This document shows positions 1 through 12,923 of a DNA stretch of 64,000 bases, one piece after another. The stretch's first letter is position 1; every line of letters begins with the position of its first letter. The translations under genes were made by a program, and so were the position numbers. Below the pieces are notes generated by a model that had not been told where the DNA came from, did not search any database, and saw nothing but the letters and a program-made list of their open reading frames with translations. This stretch comes from Babesia bigemina (taxonomy: Eukaryota). The DNA is taken from the NCBI RefSeq assembly GCF_000981445.1, contig NC_027217.1, positions 930,001 to 994,000 on the forward strand, given 5' to 3'.

Positions 1-1000
1 TGCGCAGGCAGCTTACACACCGCTGGACTTCGCCTTCAGCTCCGACGGACGCGTGGCGTTTGTGGCGGATTCCGGCGGTAATGTGTCGCTGGACGCCGTA
101 AACGACATAGGGAATCACTTGTCTAAGGTGCATAAGCACCTCATCTCCATCGAACACGCCCATGATGGAGGTGTCTTTGCCATTGTGCCATCTCCCGCCT
201 ACGAATTCCTACTCTACACAGGAGGAGGTGATGGGATGGTACGAATCTGGGACCTGAGATACATGGGAAATGGGAACCCTATGTTACAAATCCCCCAAGG
301 GGGGCCGATCCCGCAAGAGGTACATCCGGCCTCGCAGAAGCCAGTGCATGAAATGTGGGCCCACAAAAATGCAGTGTCGGCAATCTGCTTCCCAGAAAAA
401 AGCCTCATGTTGACTGCTGGCATTGATGAGAACATAAGGTTGTGGGACAACACGCAAAAAACTGTTATCGCCACCATCAGGAGCTACGGGACCGCCCTGG
501 GCATATGGGATATCGCATACAACCGGCCACTGGACAGAGCAGTGGTGGTAGGGCAGTCCACGGACGTGTGGGCGTTCTACACTAAAGACTTTTGGGGGAC
601 CAGCGAACCGGATCAGCATGACATGGTAAAGATCGACTTCGAAGACGACGACATCAGCACCGTCGGCGCCTTCGACAGGTGGCGCAGACCGTGTACTCAC
701 GGTACAAACGTCATCATACCAACCCTCAACAACAGAAACGGTGCCAAAATATTGTTTGTTGACGCTAAAACGGGCAAAGAGTCACGGAGGATCACCACGG
801 ATCTCGTCGACCGGGTACACACAGTAGACATGCATCCAAATGTGTATTCCGGGCTCATGTTGACAGGAGGTACGGCGTGATTACTAATAGTATAATGATT
901 TGCAGCTGCCAAAAAAGGATGCGCCGTTACTACAGTGTGGATGGAGGGCGAGCCGGAATGTGCCAAAAAAACTGAGACGAGTCTCACGGCACCGACGTGA
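1..1000 (+). CDS. WD40-repeat protein (5' end outside window)
   Basis: WD repeats (AHDGGVFAI...TGGGDGMVRIWD; AHKNAVSAI...TAGIDENIRLWD). GT..AG intron 870-905, then a short last exon ending TGA at 998-1000. Confidence 0.8.
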
Positions 1001-1034
1001 ACATCTGGAATGAAATCGAAATATCGCACACACC

Positions 1035-1983
1035 ATGGCGAAACAACGCGAAACGCTTTGCACGGAGCTGCGAGAAATACAGCTCCAGGAGGATGACGCG
1101 GTAGAACAGTTCAATGACCGCATCAATGAGATCATCGCACAGTACAGCGATACGTTAAACGAGCTCGCGGACAAGAGAGTCAAATTGCTCACGGACCCTA
1201 CTGTGGTAGATACGCTGGCGAAGAAGCGAATGTCGGAAGTAGAGCGATGCTACAGCGAACTCTCACTGACCGAAATATCTGGCGTGAACAGGCCAGTGGA
1301 CGAAAGGTACCAGGCGCATGGCACCACGGCGTGGCCTATGTTCTGGCTACACGCGCTTATGGGATGCTACGTTACCAAAAAGCGGGTGTCGTGCCTTGAC
1401 AAACGCCTGCTGGGATACCTTCGCGACATCAGGTGTCGAACGGTACAAGTACCGAATCCGGGCGATACATTCGATGTCGAGTTCCATTTCGCGGAGAACC
1501 CGTTCTTCTCAAACGCGACGCTTAAAAGGCGGTTCAACGCTAACGGCTATTTCGACGAGACGCATTCCTCCTCCGTTGCATGGAAGGACAACGCGGTAGG
1601 CGCACAGTCACGATGCCGAAATATACAGACATACAGGAGAAAATAGCCGAGGAGCTGCCGTCATTTAACTCTGATGACGATTACGAAGACATTAGCGACG
1701 ACGGACTGGCACGCGTCAGCTTCGTCGACTTCTTCCAGCCCTACGGCGTGAGTTGACGCAACAGATTATGGCAAACGACATGCAGTATGACCCAGATGAT
1801 CTGCTTGTGGCGATGGCAATCAAAGACCGAATATGTCGCGACCCTCTCAAGTACGTCCTGCGCTTCGAAAGCGCAAGGCGGGGCGACGACGTGGAGTACA
1901 CGGACGACGAGGGTGCGAGTGTTGCTGCCGAGACGAACTACGACTCTGCCGGAGGACGGTACCCGTTCTCGTGGTTATTCTGA
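1035..1983 (+). CDS. Nucleosome assembly protein (NAP/SET family), 3 exons
   Basis: NAP motifs PMFWLHAL, FDVEFHFAENPFFSNATLKRRF, SSVAWK, SFVDFF and IKDRICRDPLKY. Two short introns (~1596-1636, ~1750-1785) join the ORFs. Confidence 0.85.
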
Positions 1984-2032
1984 CAAAGTAACACTAATGT
2001 AGCATACTAAAATCACAGTTGGGATTGACGCA

Positions 2033-3204
2033 CTACGCGCCGTAGAAGCGCCACACGCGCATGTAGCCGTCCTTGCCGCCGGTAACCAACAGGCTGCCCT
2101 TTTCGCGCAACGAGTCGATCACGTTCTTCTCCAGATCACGCACCAGACGTCCATCCTTCAAAAGCGACGGGTTGGAGAATGCGAGCGCCGTCAGGGGGCC
2201 GCTGTGAGCGCCGGGCACCGTTGACGAGGAGCGGTTGTTGGACAGAGACCAGCAAAATATGGTTCCAGAGCTGCTGCCGCACAGCACGAATTCCTCACAT
2301 GGGTCAAGGGCGCAGTGGATGCGGTAATTGTCGCAAGTGTGCCCTCGGTAGCGTGCGAGCACATCGCCGTGCTCGACGAGGGCCACCGTGTCGTCCAGCA
2401 CCGATGCGATATAACAGTCTTCCACCGCAGTAGACACGCAGACGCTATGGGCACATGCACAATGAGATATAAAAGGAAACCCACTTCACTACGGGCTTCT
2501 GGAAGTAATCAGTCTTCAACAAGCCTTTTCGCAGGTCGTACGATCGCACTGCGCCGTCAACTGAAGAGGCAACCACCACGCAGTCCCGCTCGCAAACGCT
2601 CGAAATGCCGTCCTTGGCGTCGTTGAAAGTCGATACGGCGCCGCGGCTGCGGTGGTCCCAAAAGCGGACGTTTCGATCGTCGCTGCCGGTGCAGATGAGG
2701 CTTCCGCTGGCCACATAGTTGCAGCAAGCGACGCTGCCTATGGAAAGTGCAGAAAGGACGCAATCAACTGACCTCCATGGTTGAATTTCCGAATAACCTT
2801 CCCTTCAGCAGTGTCCCAGTAGAATCCCGAATGCTCGGCTCCTGCAGAGACGAAATGGGCGCTGTCGGCGCTCAAGCAGACATCGTTCACGTGATAGTTA
2901 TGCGGTCCTGCACTCAGTTAGTTACAGGCAGGGGGCACATACCGAAAAAGCGCTTAATGTGAAGCTGCCGAGCAGGATTCCAAAGACGCACGCTGCGGTC
3001 GTTGCCGGCAGTGAGGCAGTAGATTCCAGTAGAATCAAATTCAATGGCATTTATGCAACCTGCAACGTGATGTATACGCCAAAATGCCGACGAAGTGCCA
3101 CGTTAGCTTAAGAATCCAGATGCCGTCGAATACGACTTATAAATGAAAATGAGCGAGGCTTTAAAACGCAAAGGTAGTGCAACACAAGGCAACATATCTA
3201 TCAT
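2033..3204 (-). CDS. WDR83: WD40 protein, WDR83/MORG1-like (multi-exon; start codon unresolved)
   Basis: Spliced reading gives CINAIEFDSTGIYCLTAGNDRSVRLWNP, TGSDDRNVRFWD, FNDAKDGISSV, SSVDGAVRSYDLRKG and YRGHTCDNYRI. This pattern is typical of WDR83. The first exon could not be resolved. Confidence 0.7.
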
Positions 3205-3488
3205 TTAATAATAATAGACTTTAATAGGCCTATAGACACGTTGTTTTCTATCATAATACACGACGTTGATGGCCGCTACTGCAAGAGCAGAGCGCCCATC
3301 CTTACACATCCGCCAAATTTCGTTTGTAGCGCGCTACACCTCATCGACAAATGATGTAGCGTACGCGCGGACGGTGCCGAAAGGACAAATACCTACCCGA
3401 GTGCTCCCGAGACTCGCCAACCAGCTCCAAACGATGCATGGCACCGATTACTATAAATTCATGCCAATTGGGCGTGTTGTTGAACGCT

Positions 3489-4839
3489 CTAGCTGCTGAT
3501 GGGCAGCTTGGAAACGTCTGCGATGACTTTCATGAAGCTATGTAGGGCCTGGGTCAGGTCGCTGTCAGCACTCTCGCGTGCGCACGATTCCACGGCCAAC
3601 CCGTTGCTCAGAGCGGCGATCTCGTCCAGCACGGAGGACTTTATCATCTTCTCGCGCTCCTCGTTCTGCTGCTTGATCTTATCAAACTCGGACTTCAGCT
3701 GATGGTACTGGTTCTCAGTGTTCTGCATTTCCTTCCCGAACGCGCTCTCACTCTGAAGCTCAACGTCCGAAATGCGCTTCAGGATGTGCTCCTCGCGCTC
3801 CTGGCGCGATAGCCGCTCGCTCTCGAACAGTTTCTGCGTACAGTGTTATCCCCAAAGCAGAGACGTTTCCATTGCATCAAGGGAATGCGGCAGGAACGCG
3901 AAAATACAGTACACACCGACGCAACACCTACCTGTACCGTGGCCAAATTCTTCTCCAGAGCAACACAGTTGTTCTCCAGGTTGTCTTGCAGTAGCTTCTC
4001 GTTGTCCTCACACCGGGCACTGATTGCGTCGATGCGCTCAGAAAGCGAGCTCACCACGCCTTCCAGCTGATCCAGCTTGTCATTGAAAAAAGTCTCCACC
4101 TTAGTTTGCACGGCGCCAATTTGGCTCTCGAATATCTGAAAATGTGTCAAACGTTACAAACCGTGATCACGGGAATAGAACGGGGAATGCAGTCCCGACT
4201 AAAAAAATTGAATTCGACCAGTCACCATAATGTGTATCTATTGATATGCCATAACTAACGTTACAGATAACGCAAATGCATTAGATTCAAAAAACACGAT
4301 GTGGAACTTACGCCGTGTAGAGCCTTAATCGTCTCCATGCGGCGTTTGGACTCCTGAGAAATGGCTTCGTCCAGCTTGTTCAGCATCTCGCTGATGTTCA
4401 AAAAACGCTGCTCCTCATGCATTCTACGCTGCTTCGCGTGGAACTCCATCTGACGTTCGAACCCTTGCAATTTCTCACTCAAAATCATCAGCTTCGATTT
4501 GGTCCCACCCTGAAATCGGCGGTCGTTCGCCTCCGTTTCAGGCAACACATCGTGAACCAGGAACAATTCACGCCCGGAAAACCCATCAGAACCAACTGCC
4601 AAAAATGAAGGTGACGCCGCGAGACAGTAAAACGCACCCGGATGAGACGATTGACGAAACACATGGTTCGAGTCCAACACGGTGTCGCCGGTAGACATGG
4701 TAATGGTAGGATTATATTTAGATGTGTTACGCAACACAGTAGTGCGGCCGACCTCGCCTAAATCGCCCATACCGGCATAGGCGGAATCGGGGAGAGAGCC
4801 GTGGCTGCTATGCGATATCAGTAAGTCGCTATCAGACAT
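3489..4839 (-). CDS. SF-assemblin / beta-giardin family coiled-coil protein (striated fibre assemblin)
   Basis: KLMILSEKLQGFERQME...LDEAISQESKRRMETIKAL; ERLSRQEREEHILKRI; C-terminal ESCARESADSDLTQALHSF. Several introns. Confidence 0.75.
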
Positions 4840-5077
4840 TTTCACACATCTAACCAAATATCACATAGAAGTTATTTGGAGCTAACACATTACACGTTGA
4901 CCATCCCATTGACACTGATACGAGGTGTACACCGAGATGCGAGAGTCAGTGTGTGACCAACCCGCCCGCGACTCCGCTCCACGAAGGCGGAGGTACAGCA
5001 GGGCGTACGGAGCCGGGTTACCGCCAATGTCACTTACATAGCAAGCAAAACAAATAGACAATTGAAAAATTAACAAA

Positions 5078-5933
5078 ATGGATGAAAGCGAAAGGGCGAT
5101 GGAAATAGAAGCTCTCTCCGCCATCTTCATAGAAGGAGAGGAGCTACAGATAATCAGCGAAAACGAAGTAGTGATAACATGCGACCCAAGATCGCAAGAT
5201 GGATCTCACGGATGCTCAATGAAGCTCAAGTTTGTGCTCCCGGAGGGCTATCCAGCCGAAGAATCTCCATCCTACGAAATCGTAGACGGTACGCAACGCA
5301 CCAGGACATGTGACGTTTCGCAGAGCTCGGAATCACCTACGAAGACAAGGAAAGAATATTAGCAGTGATAGAAGAGGTCATAGAGCAGAATCGAGGCATG
5401 CCCATGCTCTATCCGATCGTAGAGGCTGTCAACGTAGGTGGACCTAGGTGCTGACTAACGCCGCGCAGGAACAACTCGCGACGTGTGCTACGAACGCTGA
5501 AAACGGCGAATCGGAAAGTGACAACGTGGACGGGGAAGTTGAAGACGGGGAAAATGGCGATGAGACGAACCAGCGCGACGGTATGGACACAGGCCTCTTC
5601 CTCAAGCAACTGTGCAACGAACAGGTATGTTAGCGCGGCTCACCCAGACACACATTACGGCAATAGGACCGGGTGACGAAAGAAATATTCGACGAGTGGA
5701 GTAAAACCTTTAGACTGAATATGATCAAGAAGGGCATATGGCGCGATATTGACGCAGGACGCAACAAGGGACAAATGACCGGGAGGGAAATATTCGAGTC
5801 CAAATCAGTCGTTATCGATGTCGATGGTATGGTGCACATTCAAAACTGTCATTGGCGCTCAGAAAACGAAAATGTGTTCTGGAACGACGAGGCACTCTAT
5901 GAGGGAGATTGCGATGAGGACGCACTAGAATAA
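5078..5933 (+). CDS. RWD-domain protein (RWDD1/Gir2-like), multi-exon
   Basis: N-terminal ERAMEIEALSAIF, LPEGYP and GMPMLYPIVEAV. C-terminal VTKEIFDEWSKTF...MTGREIFE followed by an acidic tail, as in DFRP2/RWDD1. Confidence 0.8.
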
Positions 5934-6014
5934 GATGGACGCGTGAAATTTAGTATGAAGTGGAAAGGAAATTATCGGCAGAAATATCCAGCCTGAATCC
6001 GGGCGTAGGCAGAC

Positions 6015-7241
6015 ATGGCGGGAGTGGAACTCCTTTACAAGCCGAGCAACATGTCGGTGCTCGACCTAGGGAGCAACTTGGCCAATGACCTGCGGCCAAG
6101 CGATATGGCAAAAAAGACCGATAGGAAACATCAAAATGGCAGTCTCGGAAAACCCAGCTCAAGCCATCAGAGCCCTTCCAGATGGTCGCCCCGGAGGTCG
6201 AGCGATGTGATATACTCGCGCATTGACGAAAGCGTACACAAGGCGAAAAGCGTGCTAAGAGCTATGAGGGTTCCGGATGTAGACATCGAAGGCGCTAGGA
6301 AAGAGTATATACAAAAGGTGGGACGGGACTACTCCACCGTTGGACTCACCTCGTACATACTGGCGCAAAAGGATGCCAAGGAGTTCAGGGAACGCTGTTT
6401 CCACATACTATCGTGGAAGCCCAAAGCATCGCAGGGAGACGGCCCGTTTGACAAATCGGAGGAGCCTTTCTTTGGCGATCGCAAAACACATGCCGGGAAA
6501 GCCAGGACACCAGATGAGATCCTGCTCGGCAGCCTCGGCAAAAACAACCTCGAGCCGAACCCGGAAAATGCAGATGGAGATTACTACTCGCCAATAAGGA
6601 GCAACAGCAATTTCGCGTATAACTCTAACAGCCCATTTGCAGGGCAGGCACAGTGGAGCGAACACACGAAATCGCCATTCAGTGATGTCCAACCCTCGGA
6701 AAACGGGCTATCTATTGGACATATGACGGAAAGTGCTATTTACGATGTTGACCCGTTAAGTGCAAAGCGTGCGGTGGGAGTACACAGCCCAATGGCTGAC
6801 TCATCTATCACATCCACTCCCGAAAAGGTGTCGGAAGATTCGCAGAAAAAGAGATTACAAGTTGTTGAAGAGCTTTTAGAAGAACACAAAGACATCATAC
6901 CGCGGGATCTCGACGTAAAGACGCTCGGATACGCGGAGAAGCGTCGACTTCTAAAGCAGCTCGGATTCGGTGACGATTATATCGCAAACAGATTGTGTGG
7001 TCGCTGCACAACCTCCAGTAAACGAAAGAAGTTGAAGCTCACGCCCTTGGAAGCGTTCAGCATGTATGACAGGCAAGACATAAACGAGTCTATGCAGGTG
7101 CACAAAGACCTAAGCGCCGAATTTTCCCGTTATGTGAAGAGCACAGAACCTCGCGTGGTTGTCGCTAAAACTGCCGGTTCTACCGACGACGCGTACAATA
7201 ACCTAAAGTCGAGGTTGCAATCGTCGTACATGGCGCATTGA
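6015..7241 (+). CDS. Hypothetical protein (408 aa, Ser-rich, probably largely disordered)
   Basis: Long uninterrupted ORF with coding-like composition; no recognisable domain. Confidence 0.65.
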   Translation: MAGVELLYKPSNMSVLDLGSNLANDLRPSDMAKKTDRKHQNGSLGKPSSSHQSPSRWSPRRSSDVIYSRIDESVHKAKSVLRAMRVPDVDIEGARKEYIQKVGRDYSTVGLTSYILAQKDAKEFRERCFHILSWKPKASQGDGPFDKSEEPFFGDRKTHAGKARTPDEILLGSLGKNNLEPNPENADGDYYSPIRSNSNFAYNSNSPFAGQAQWSEHTKSPFSDVQPSENGLSIGHMTESAIYDVDPLSAKRAVGVHSPMADSSITSTPEKVSEDSQKKRLQVVEELLEEHKDIIPRDLDVKTLGYAEKRRLLKQLGFGDDYIANRLCGRCTTSSKRKKLKLTPLEAFSMYDRQDINESMQVHKDLSAEFSRYVKSTEPRVVVAKTAGSTDDAYNNLKSRLQSSYMAH

Positions 7242-7662
7242 TACAAGTTGTGGATCAAGTCTGAGCAACGAGATAGATGCGCCATGGGCAGTGCTACGGC
7301 ACAGACGCCAATGCACTCGAAGCGGGTACATGGCCTTATTTGCGTGTCATTGTGTGCTAGACGGCGTGCGAAATCCAATGGCGGAAAACAATGAAATATC
7401 CAAGACACACGCCGGCAGAGCCGACTGCGAATGACGCTGGATATTTAGGCGCGGATTGGCTTTGCGCTTACACACTCAGTTTTAAACGAATGTAATCACG
7501 TATCTAAACATAAAAGCGCCTGATACGTCGGTGTAGTCGCCGGGCTACTGCGATTCACCACGCCCATGGTGTGGCAGCCGCCGGCGGGTGTCACAATTTT
7601 ATATGTAGCAAATCCCCGCGCTACAGGGTGGACGTGCGCGCCTGCGTTATATACGACGCGCG

Positions 7663-8820
7663 ATGTCCCTCTTTGCCCGCGACGGCGGTGCAACACTTGG
7701 CGTTGGTACCAGCCCTGTCTTGAGTCCCGCGAGGTGGTCTCACAATGGCCCGCGCCACGGATTAGCGGACGGATTCGAGATGAACGATGGCGCATGGCTT
7801 CGTTCTAGGACAAGAGGCCTGGAGAAGGGGTCGCTGTTCTCGGGCACAACGCAGCCGTGGAGCAATCGACCTGATGTGTTCCGCAGGCCGTCCGACACGC
7901 TCCACGGGACTACGCCAGATGTCAGAGCGCTTAGATCGCGTATAATGGATTCTCCCGGACATCTTGGGACAATAGACGTGCCCCCCTACCTGAGAAGCGT
8001 CGATAACAGAAAGTTATCGCATACTCCAAAGCGCGCCACGTTCACAAGTACGGTCTTGTCGCCCAAACGCAACGTCGACCTCCTGGGCGACGACGGAGGG
8101 TTCAACTTCAGGTCGCCCATACTGTCGGGTAAAAGTCGCCTCAAGCGGCGCAGCAGGACGTCGCTCTCGGATCTTAGGATTGGATCTTACGCTCCCTACC
8201 TGCAAGATGCGCATAGCGTAAACCCACCATACCGGCCGGAACGCCATAGCGATGCACTTGAAACGTATCGGATTACTCCGAAGAAGGACCGAATTAACAT
8301 ACATGCCACCGACGACATACTAAATCGCATCAAACGCAGTCTATCCGAGTGCGAAACCATATCCAGACGGCTGGACAAACAGTACGGGACGAAACGTGTA
8401 CAGCAAACTAGTGCAGATTACAGCGAACGCGTGTTCCCGAGGGCGTTGGCGGACAACCTGTTTTCGAGTAGAGGCAGCGACACCACAAGTTACCGCAACA
8501 GAGTGCACCTCAGCAAGCCGAACTTCACGACGGCAGCTGACGACGTCTACAGGAAGCGCGAACTTGCAGAGCCGGAGAAGCCCAAGAGCGCGCTTACCCG
8601 CATAATCGACAACATCAAACGCATACGAAACCGGGCACTATTCAGCGACTCCGATGACTCTGGTGGGAAACGGAATTTCGTAGAGGTGGAAAAGGAAGTA
8701 ATTGAGTCCCCCATTCTCAGCAGGAGGCAAAGAGCTCTGGATGTTGACGCTATACAGCGGAGGATCAAGCAGCAAAAGCGCAGCCTCATGTCGCAGCGCC
8801 CCTCTGCACGTTTCGAGTGA
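7663..8820 (+). CDS. Hypothetical basic protein (385 aa, Arg/Ser-rich)
   Basis: Long uninterrupted ORF; no recognisable domain. Confidence 0.65.
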   Translation: MSLFARDGGATLGVGTSPVLSPARWSHNGPRHGLADGFEMNDGAWLRSRTRGLEKGSLFSGTTQPWSNRPDVFRRPSDTLHGTTPDVRALRSRIMDSPGHLGTIDVPPYLRSVDNRKLSHTPKRATFTSTVLSPKRNVDLLGDDGGFNFRSPILSGKSRLKRRSRTSLSDLRIGSYAPYLQDAHSVNPPYRPERHSDALETYRITPKKDRINIHATDDILNRIKRSLSECETISRRLDKQYGTKRVQQTSADYSERVFPRALADNLFSSRGSDTTSYRNRVHLSKPNFTTAADDVYRKRELAEPEKPKSALTRIIDNIKRIRNRALFSDSDDSGGKRNFVEVEKEVIESPILSRRQRALDVDAIQRRIKQQKRSLMSQRPSARFE

Positions 8821-9243
8821 AACGCAGACGAGGGGCGGATGTTACAATCCGCCTAACTCTGACCTTTGGGCTTCATATGCTATGGTTTTAAGTAGTATCG
8901 CAGTTTTAATTGGGTCGTTTGGGCGTGACGAGAGCGCCTTTGGATTTTTAGGGCGGGATGACGGGCCTGTGCCGTCATCTGGAGCCCAGTACATGCCGCA
9001 TTTAAAGTGTCCTAAATTTCGACGCTGCGTGGTATGGAAGCATAGTATTTATGTGGCGAGCGGAAGCAGTACTCGTTCCATTGCGTCAAATAAAAAATAC
9101 GCTCCACACGTGGAGACGCTGGGCGATGCATGTAATGCATAAAAACCAAAAGCAAACAACTTTAAAATCATCCGTAAAATTGAATTCATCTCTATGTTTG
9201 ATGCCGCTTACTTCTATGGCAAATCGTATAAAGTGAATGCGGA

Positions 9244-11111
9244 TTATTTGTTTAACCGCGCCGACATCCTACGCTTGGGGCGAACTGATACCACCTTTTC
9301 CGACGAGTCGATCAAAGCGCGCAGCTTGCACTTCTGCGAGCAGGTTACGTCTTCATACTCGTCGCAAGTGGAGACGGAAGCATTCGATTCGTTGGTGTGC
9401 AGATGGCCAGTGATCCGCTCGACTACATCGCTCCCGCCGCTGGGCACCAGCATGGTGGCCATGGTCACCGCAACTGTGCTAGCCGCAGATTCCTGAGGGA
9501 CGTCCGTAACTGCCACAACACGGTGCACCTGAGGTGACGCGGAGTCACATTCTTGCAGCAACGCGTCAGTGGTGGCCTCCGACGCATCGGGGGATGGAAT
9601 GGACGACAAAAACTCAATGTCAGCGAAACGCATGCCATCGGTTAATTCACGATCCTTGTCAGTCACGGTGTACTGCAGCGGCTCGCCGTTGCGCGGGTTG
9701 ACGTGGCCCGCGGAGACGGCACGGAAGTTCACCTCCTTTTCACGCAACCGGTGGGTGATGTCGACGATGATGTCCATGTTGGTTTCGCCCTGCGATATCG
9801 GAGTGACATGCGTCAGTTTGTCGCTGCGGAGGTCGTACACCACGTTGTGCAGGAAAATTTGCGACACGTTCATGTAATGCGCCTCCAACTGCTGCCGAGT
9901 CACGTGAGCAGGCAACTTCTTGGCCCAAGAAGCATTCTCCTCAAGCTCGGACAAAATCGCGGGAATGTTGCCGTACTGCAAAATGAAACGGTGCGCCAGC
10001 TTTATGCCCATGCCGTTGATGTGGCAGCCGTCGTCGTAATCAGACCCGCTTAGAACGCACATGGCGACGAACATGCGATGGCTTAGGCCCTTAAGCATGC
10101 CCTTGGTACATTTGACGTCAGGGTCACTGCTGAACCCCAGGTTCACCTCATCGGCCTTGCCGTCACGCTCAAGCTTATACCACACGCGAGGGCAGCCATA
10201 CGCCAGCAGGTCCGAGTCCTCGGAAATGGCGCAGTGGGCAATGCCTGCCCGACACAGGTAAGCAACCTGAGCGTCAGCCTCGTATGGAGCTACTAGAACA
10301 CGCACGTTCATCTCACGGCAGATGGCCATGACCCGGGCGATTATCTCCGGAGTTATGGAAATCGCCTGCATGCACCGCCTCATAATCTCCGTGTTTATAG
10401 TCCCGCGGTTCTTCTTTATCATTGCAAGAGCCTCCTCTCTAGCCTTGTCCCGGCGTACGCGGCGGCTCTGGTTCTCACGCTCCTTGGTAGGCATCTCATA
10501 GCCGTCGAAGACTGCAAAAGCGTGACGTGCGAATACGGAAGTAAAGCTCAATTTTGCAGCCGCGAAAGGAAGGCGCATCATCAAATAGTATACATGTATG
10601 CGAAAGGAAACACATGGTGTATACCATCTGGCAGCAAGACTGGTTGTGCCTTGATTCACATACCAAAGGGTGCAGATGACGGGAAAACCGACAGCCATCG
10701 CGCCGAAGCATTCGCTTCATAACGTGGCAGATATCCATGCATACACGCAAAACAACCAATATAAGGCTACGATGGCGAGTATTGGTTTCAATGAACCGAC
10801 CAAAGGCATTTAGAGGCATAGGGTGAAACGAAACAACGGCAAAAACTTACCCATGATAGGAGTGATGTTGTGAGACAGCAGAACGGACAGAATCGATATT
10901 ATGAACTTGAGATATTTATCGCAAGGCTCTCCGGTTACATTGGCCACAGCGGAAGAAATCATTCCTCGGTGAATCCAGCACATGGCATCAACGGCAACCA
11001 CGGATCCCGCATAGTTCTTGATACCCACACACTTCTGCATAGGGCGCAAGAATTGCTGAAAACATGCGAAAGCCAGTATGTGAAACCTACCAAAAGGTTC
11101 GTAATACCCAT
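9244..11111 (-). CDS. EXO1: Exonuclease 1 (XPG/Rad2 family)
   Basis: MGITNLL, VAVDAMCWIHRG, VFDG, VAPYEADAQVAYL, ISEDSDLLAYG, LSGSDY and GMGIKLA. One short intron and one ~337 nt intron (~10512-10850). Confidence 0.92.
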
Positions 11112-11852
11112 CTTGGCAAGAACTTCGACAACAACGACACACACACAAATAGCCTGGCGCACTCGGCAAAGAGAGTTTTAAAGCCGTATAGATGAAGACG
11201 TAATCGAAGGTAAAATGCGATTGTACCAAACAGACGTATCGGTGCGATAAGAAGAACGCAACGCGAAAACTAGTCCGGATCGCTTAAGGAACGATGTAAG
11301 CCAGTAATTACGTACTCATCTCCCAAGCCAGCGACTAAAGGTATTTCCTCGTGGGATTTGGCTATGGTGTGAGTAAACCTGGACGATCTACATTCAACTG
11401 ATGGGCAGTACCGTGGGCGCCAACCAAAGCTACCACATAAACCCTCTCACTAGGAAAATGTTGTGTTGACATAACGCGTGTCTAATTCGTTTAAAATGTT
11501 TGCAATATCTGATGTTGTCGATGTGTGAAGGAAACTGTGACTGTGGGCGATGTTGTGGCCCACAACGTTGTACACATTGCAGGTCACACCAGTTGTAGCA
11601 AAACTGCGACCAAATCCTTTATTTTGGTCGCCTTCTACGGTTTTATGCGTGTGAGATGGTTCAAGATATATTTTAATGGTCTGGTGGGGAAAGCCTAGTA
11701 CTGCAAAGCTGCCGCTGCCTGACGTAACAAAACAACGTCACCCGGCCCCGACTATACGTTCAACTACAGAAAGCGAGAGCCTTTAAATACGATGTATAAC
11801 TGTTAATGAATCCTTAAATTAACGGTTGTTTGAGTGTAACGTTAATTTAAAG

Positions 11853-12923
11853 TCAGGTTTGACACGTGGGAGGCTTTTCCGACGAAAGCGACGAGCCGCT
11901 TTCCGCTGCCGTCGAACTTGCAACGCATAGCTCTTCATCGGGGCTATCGAAGAAATCCAGCGATACTAGAGTCCTTATGGCACTAACCAGGATTTTGTCT
12001 GCGTTGAATATGTCATTCTTCAGCACATGCAGCAACGTGGGAGGGCGCTTCGTTACCGAAAGTTCACGGAACGACCCACCCTGCACGTTGTGCGAGTAGG
12101 TACAATTGTCCCCAAACTTGCACGTCCGTGTTCGCTTGAAGTTTTGGCATTGGGCACGCCCCATAGAAAGCGACGCCCTGTACGAGTACGGCCCCGTCGA
12201 CTGGCGCAGCAGATTTTGGTACTTCACTGGGTCGCTGAGGTACAGCAACGCACTAGGACGCGGCCGAACCTTAGAAATAACTGGATATAGCACGCTTTTG
12301 GCAGGTGCGTCTTTCCTCACCTTGCGATAAGCATCACGTAACAAACGCTCCAGCGTGGAGTCTTCCGTCGCAGACATGTCACGGTGACGATTCAGAGGAT
12401 GGCGAATCCGCCGGTTGTTTATCCACTTGCGAGTTTCATCCACTGACTCCAAGATGTACTCGCCTTGCTGATTCTTAACGTGTTTCAGCGCGTGCACCGA
12501 CATCAGGTCCACGGGCGCCGAATATCCGCAGCCTTCCACCTCGCAATGTACGTGCATCCCGTCCACGTGATCTGCCAGCTCCGCAGAAGTCTTGAAACTC
12601 ATGTTGCATATATCACACGCAACGTTGTTGCTGGGCGCTGAGGCAGCAGCTACCTTACGAGTTGAGGTGGGACGCCCGTCTGCGGCTGGCTGCGGACGGC
12701 GTGGCCCACCGGAGTTGCCACGACGAGCAGGTTGATGATATCGAGTCGTTGGCGGCTGAATCTGAGTATATGACGGTACCATCTGCCCGTAGTAGCCGTA
12801 ATAGGGTAATTGCGCTCCCGAGGTGTAGTACGCTCCGGCTGTGTAGCCGCCATTGCTGATATAGCCTCCATAGGGCACACCTTGGCCACCGTAAGGCAGC
12901 AAACCGTTGTAATAGCCTGTCAT
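11853..12923 (-). CDS. Zinc-finger protein with NUFIP1/Rsa1-like motif (C2H2 x2, CCCH)
   Basis: C2H2 fingers CDIC..H..H and CEVEGC..H...H; ESVDETRKWINNRRIRHP resembles the NUFIP1 PEP motif; CCCH finger CQNFKRTRTCKFGDNCTYSH; C-terminal LLHVLKNDI...ILVSAIRTLV. Confidence 0.7.
   Translation of the reverse strand: MTGYYNGLLPYGGQGVPYGGYISNGGYTAGAYYTSGAQLPYYGYYGQMVPSYTQIQPPTTRYHQPARRGNSGGPRRPQPAADGRPTSTRKVAAASAPSNNVACDICNMSFKTSAELADHVDGMHVHCEVEGCGYSAPVDLMSVHALKHVKNQQGEYILESVDETRKWINNRRIRHPLNRHRDMSATEDSTLERLLRDAYRKVRKDAPAKSVLYPVISKVRPRPSALLYLSDPVKYQNLLRQSTGPYSYRASLSMGRAQCQNFKRTRTCKFGDNCTYSHNVQGGSFRELSVTKRPPTLLHVLKNDIFNADKILVSAIRTLVSLDFFDSPDEELCVASSTAAESGSSLSSEKPPTCQT

Noticed and set aside
4180..4225. 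Sm-site-like AATTTTTTTAG plus small hairpin in the SF-assemblin intron
   Set aside because: No other snRNA motif (U1/U2/U4/U5 cores) is present, and T-runs are common in introns.
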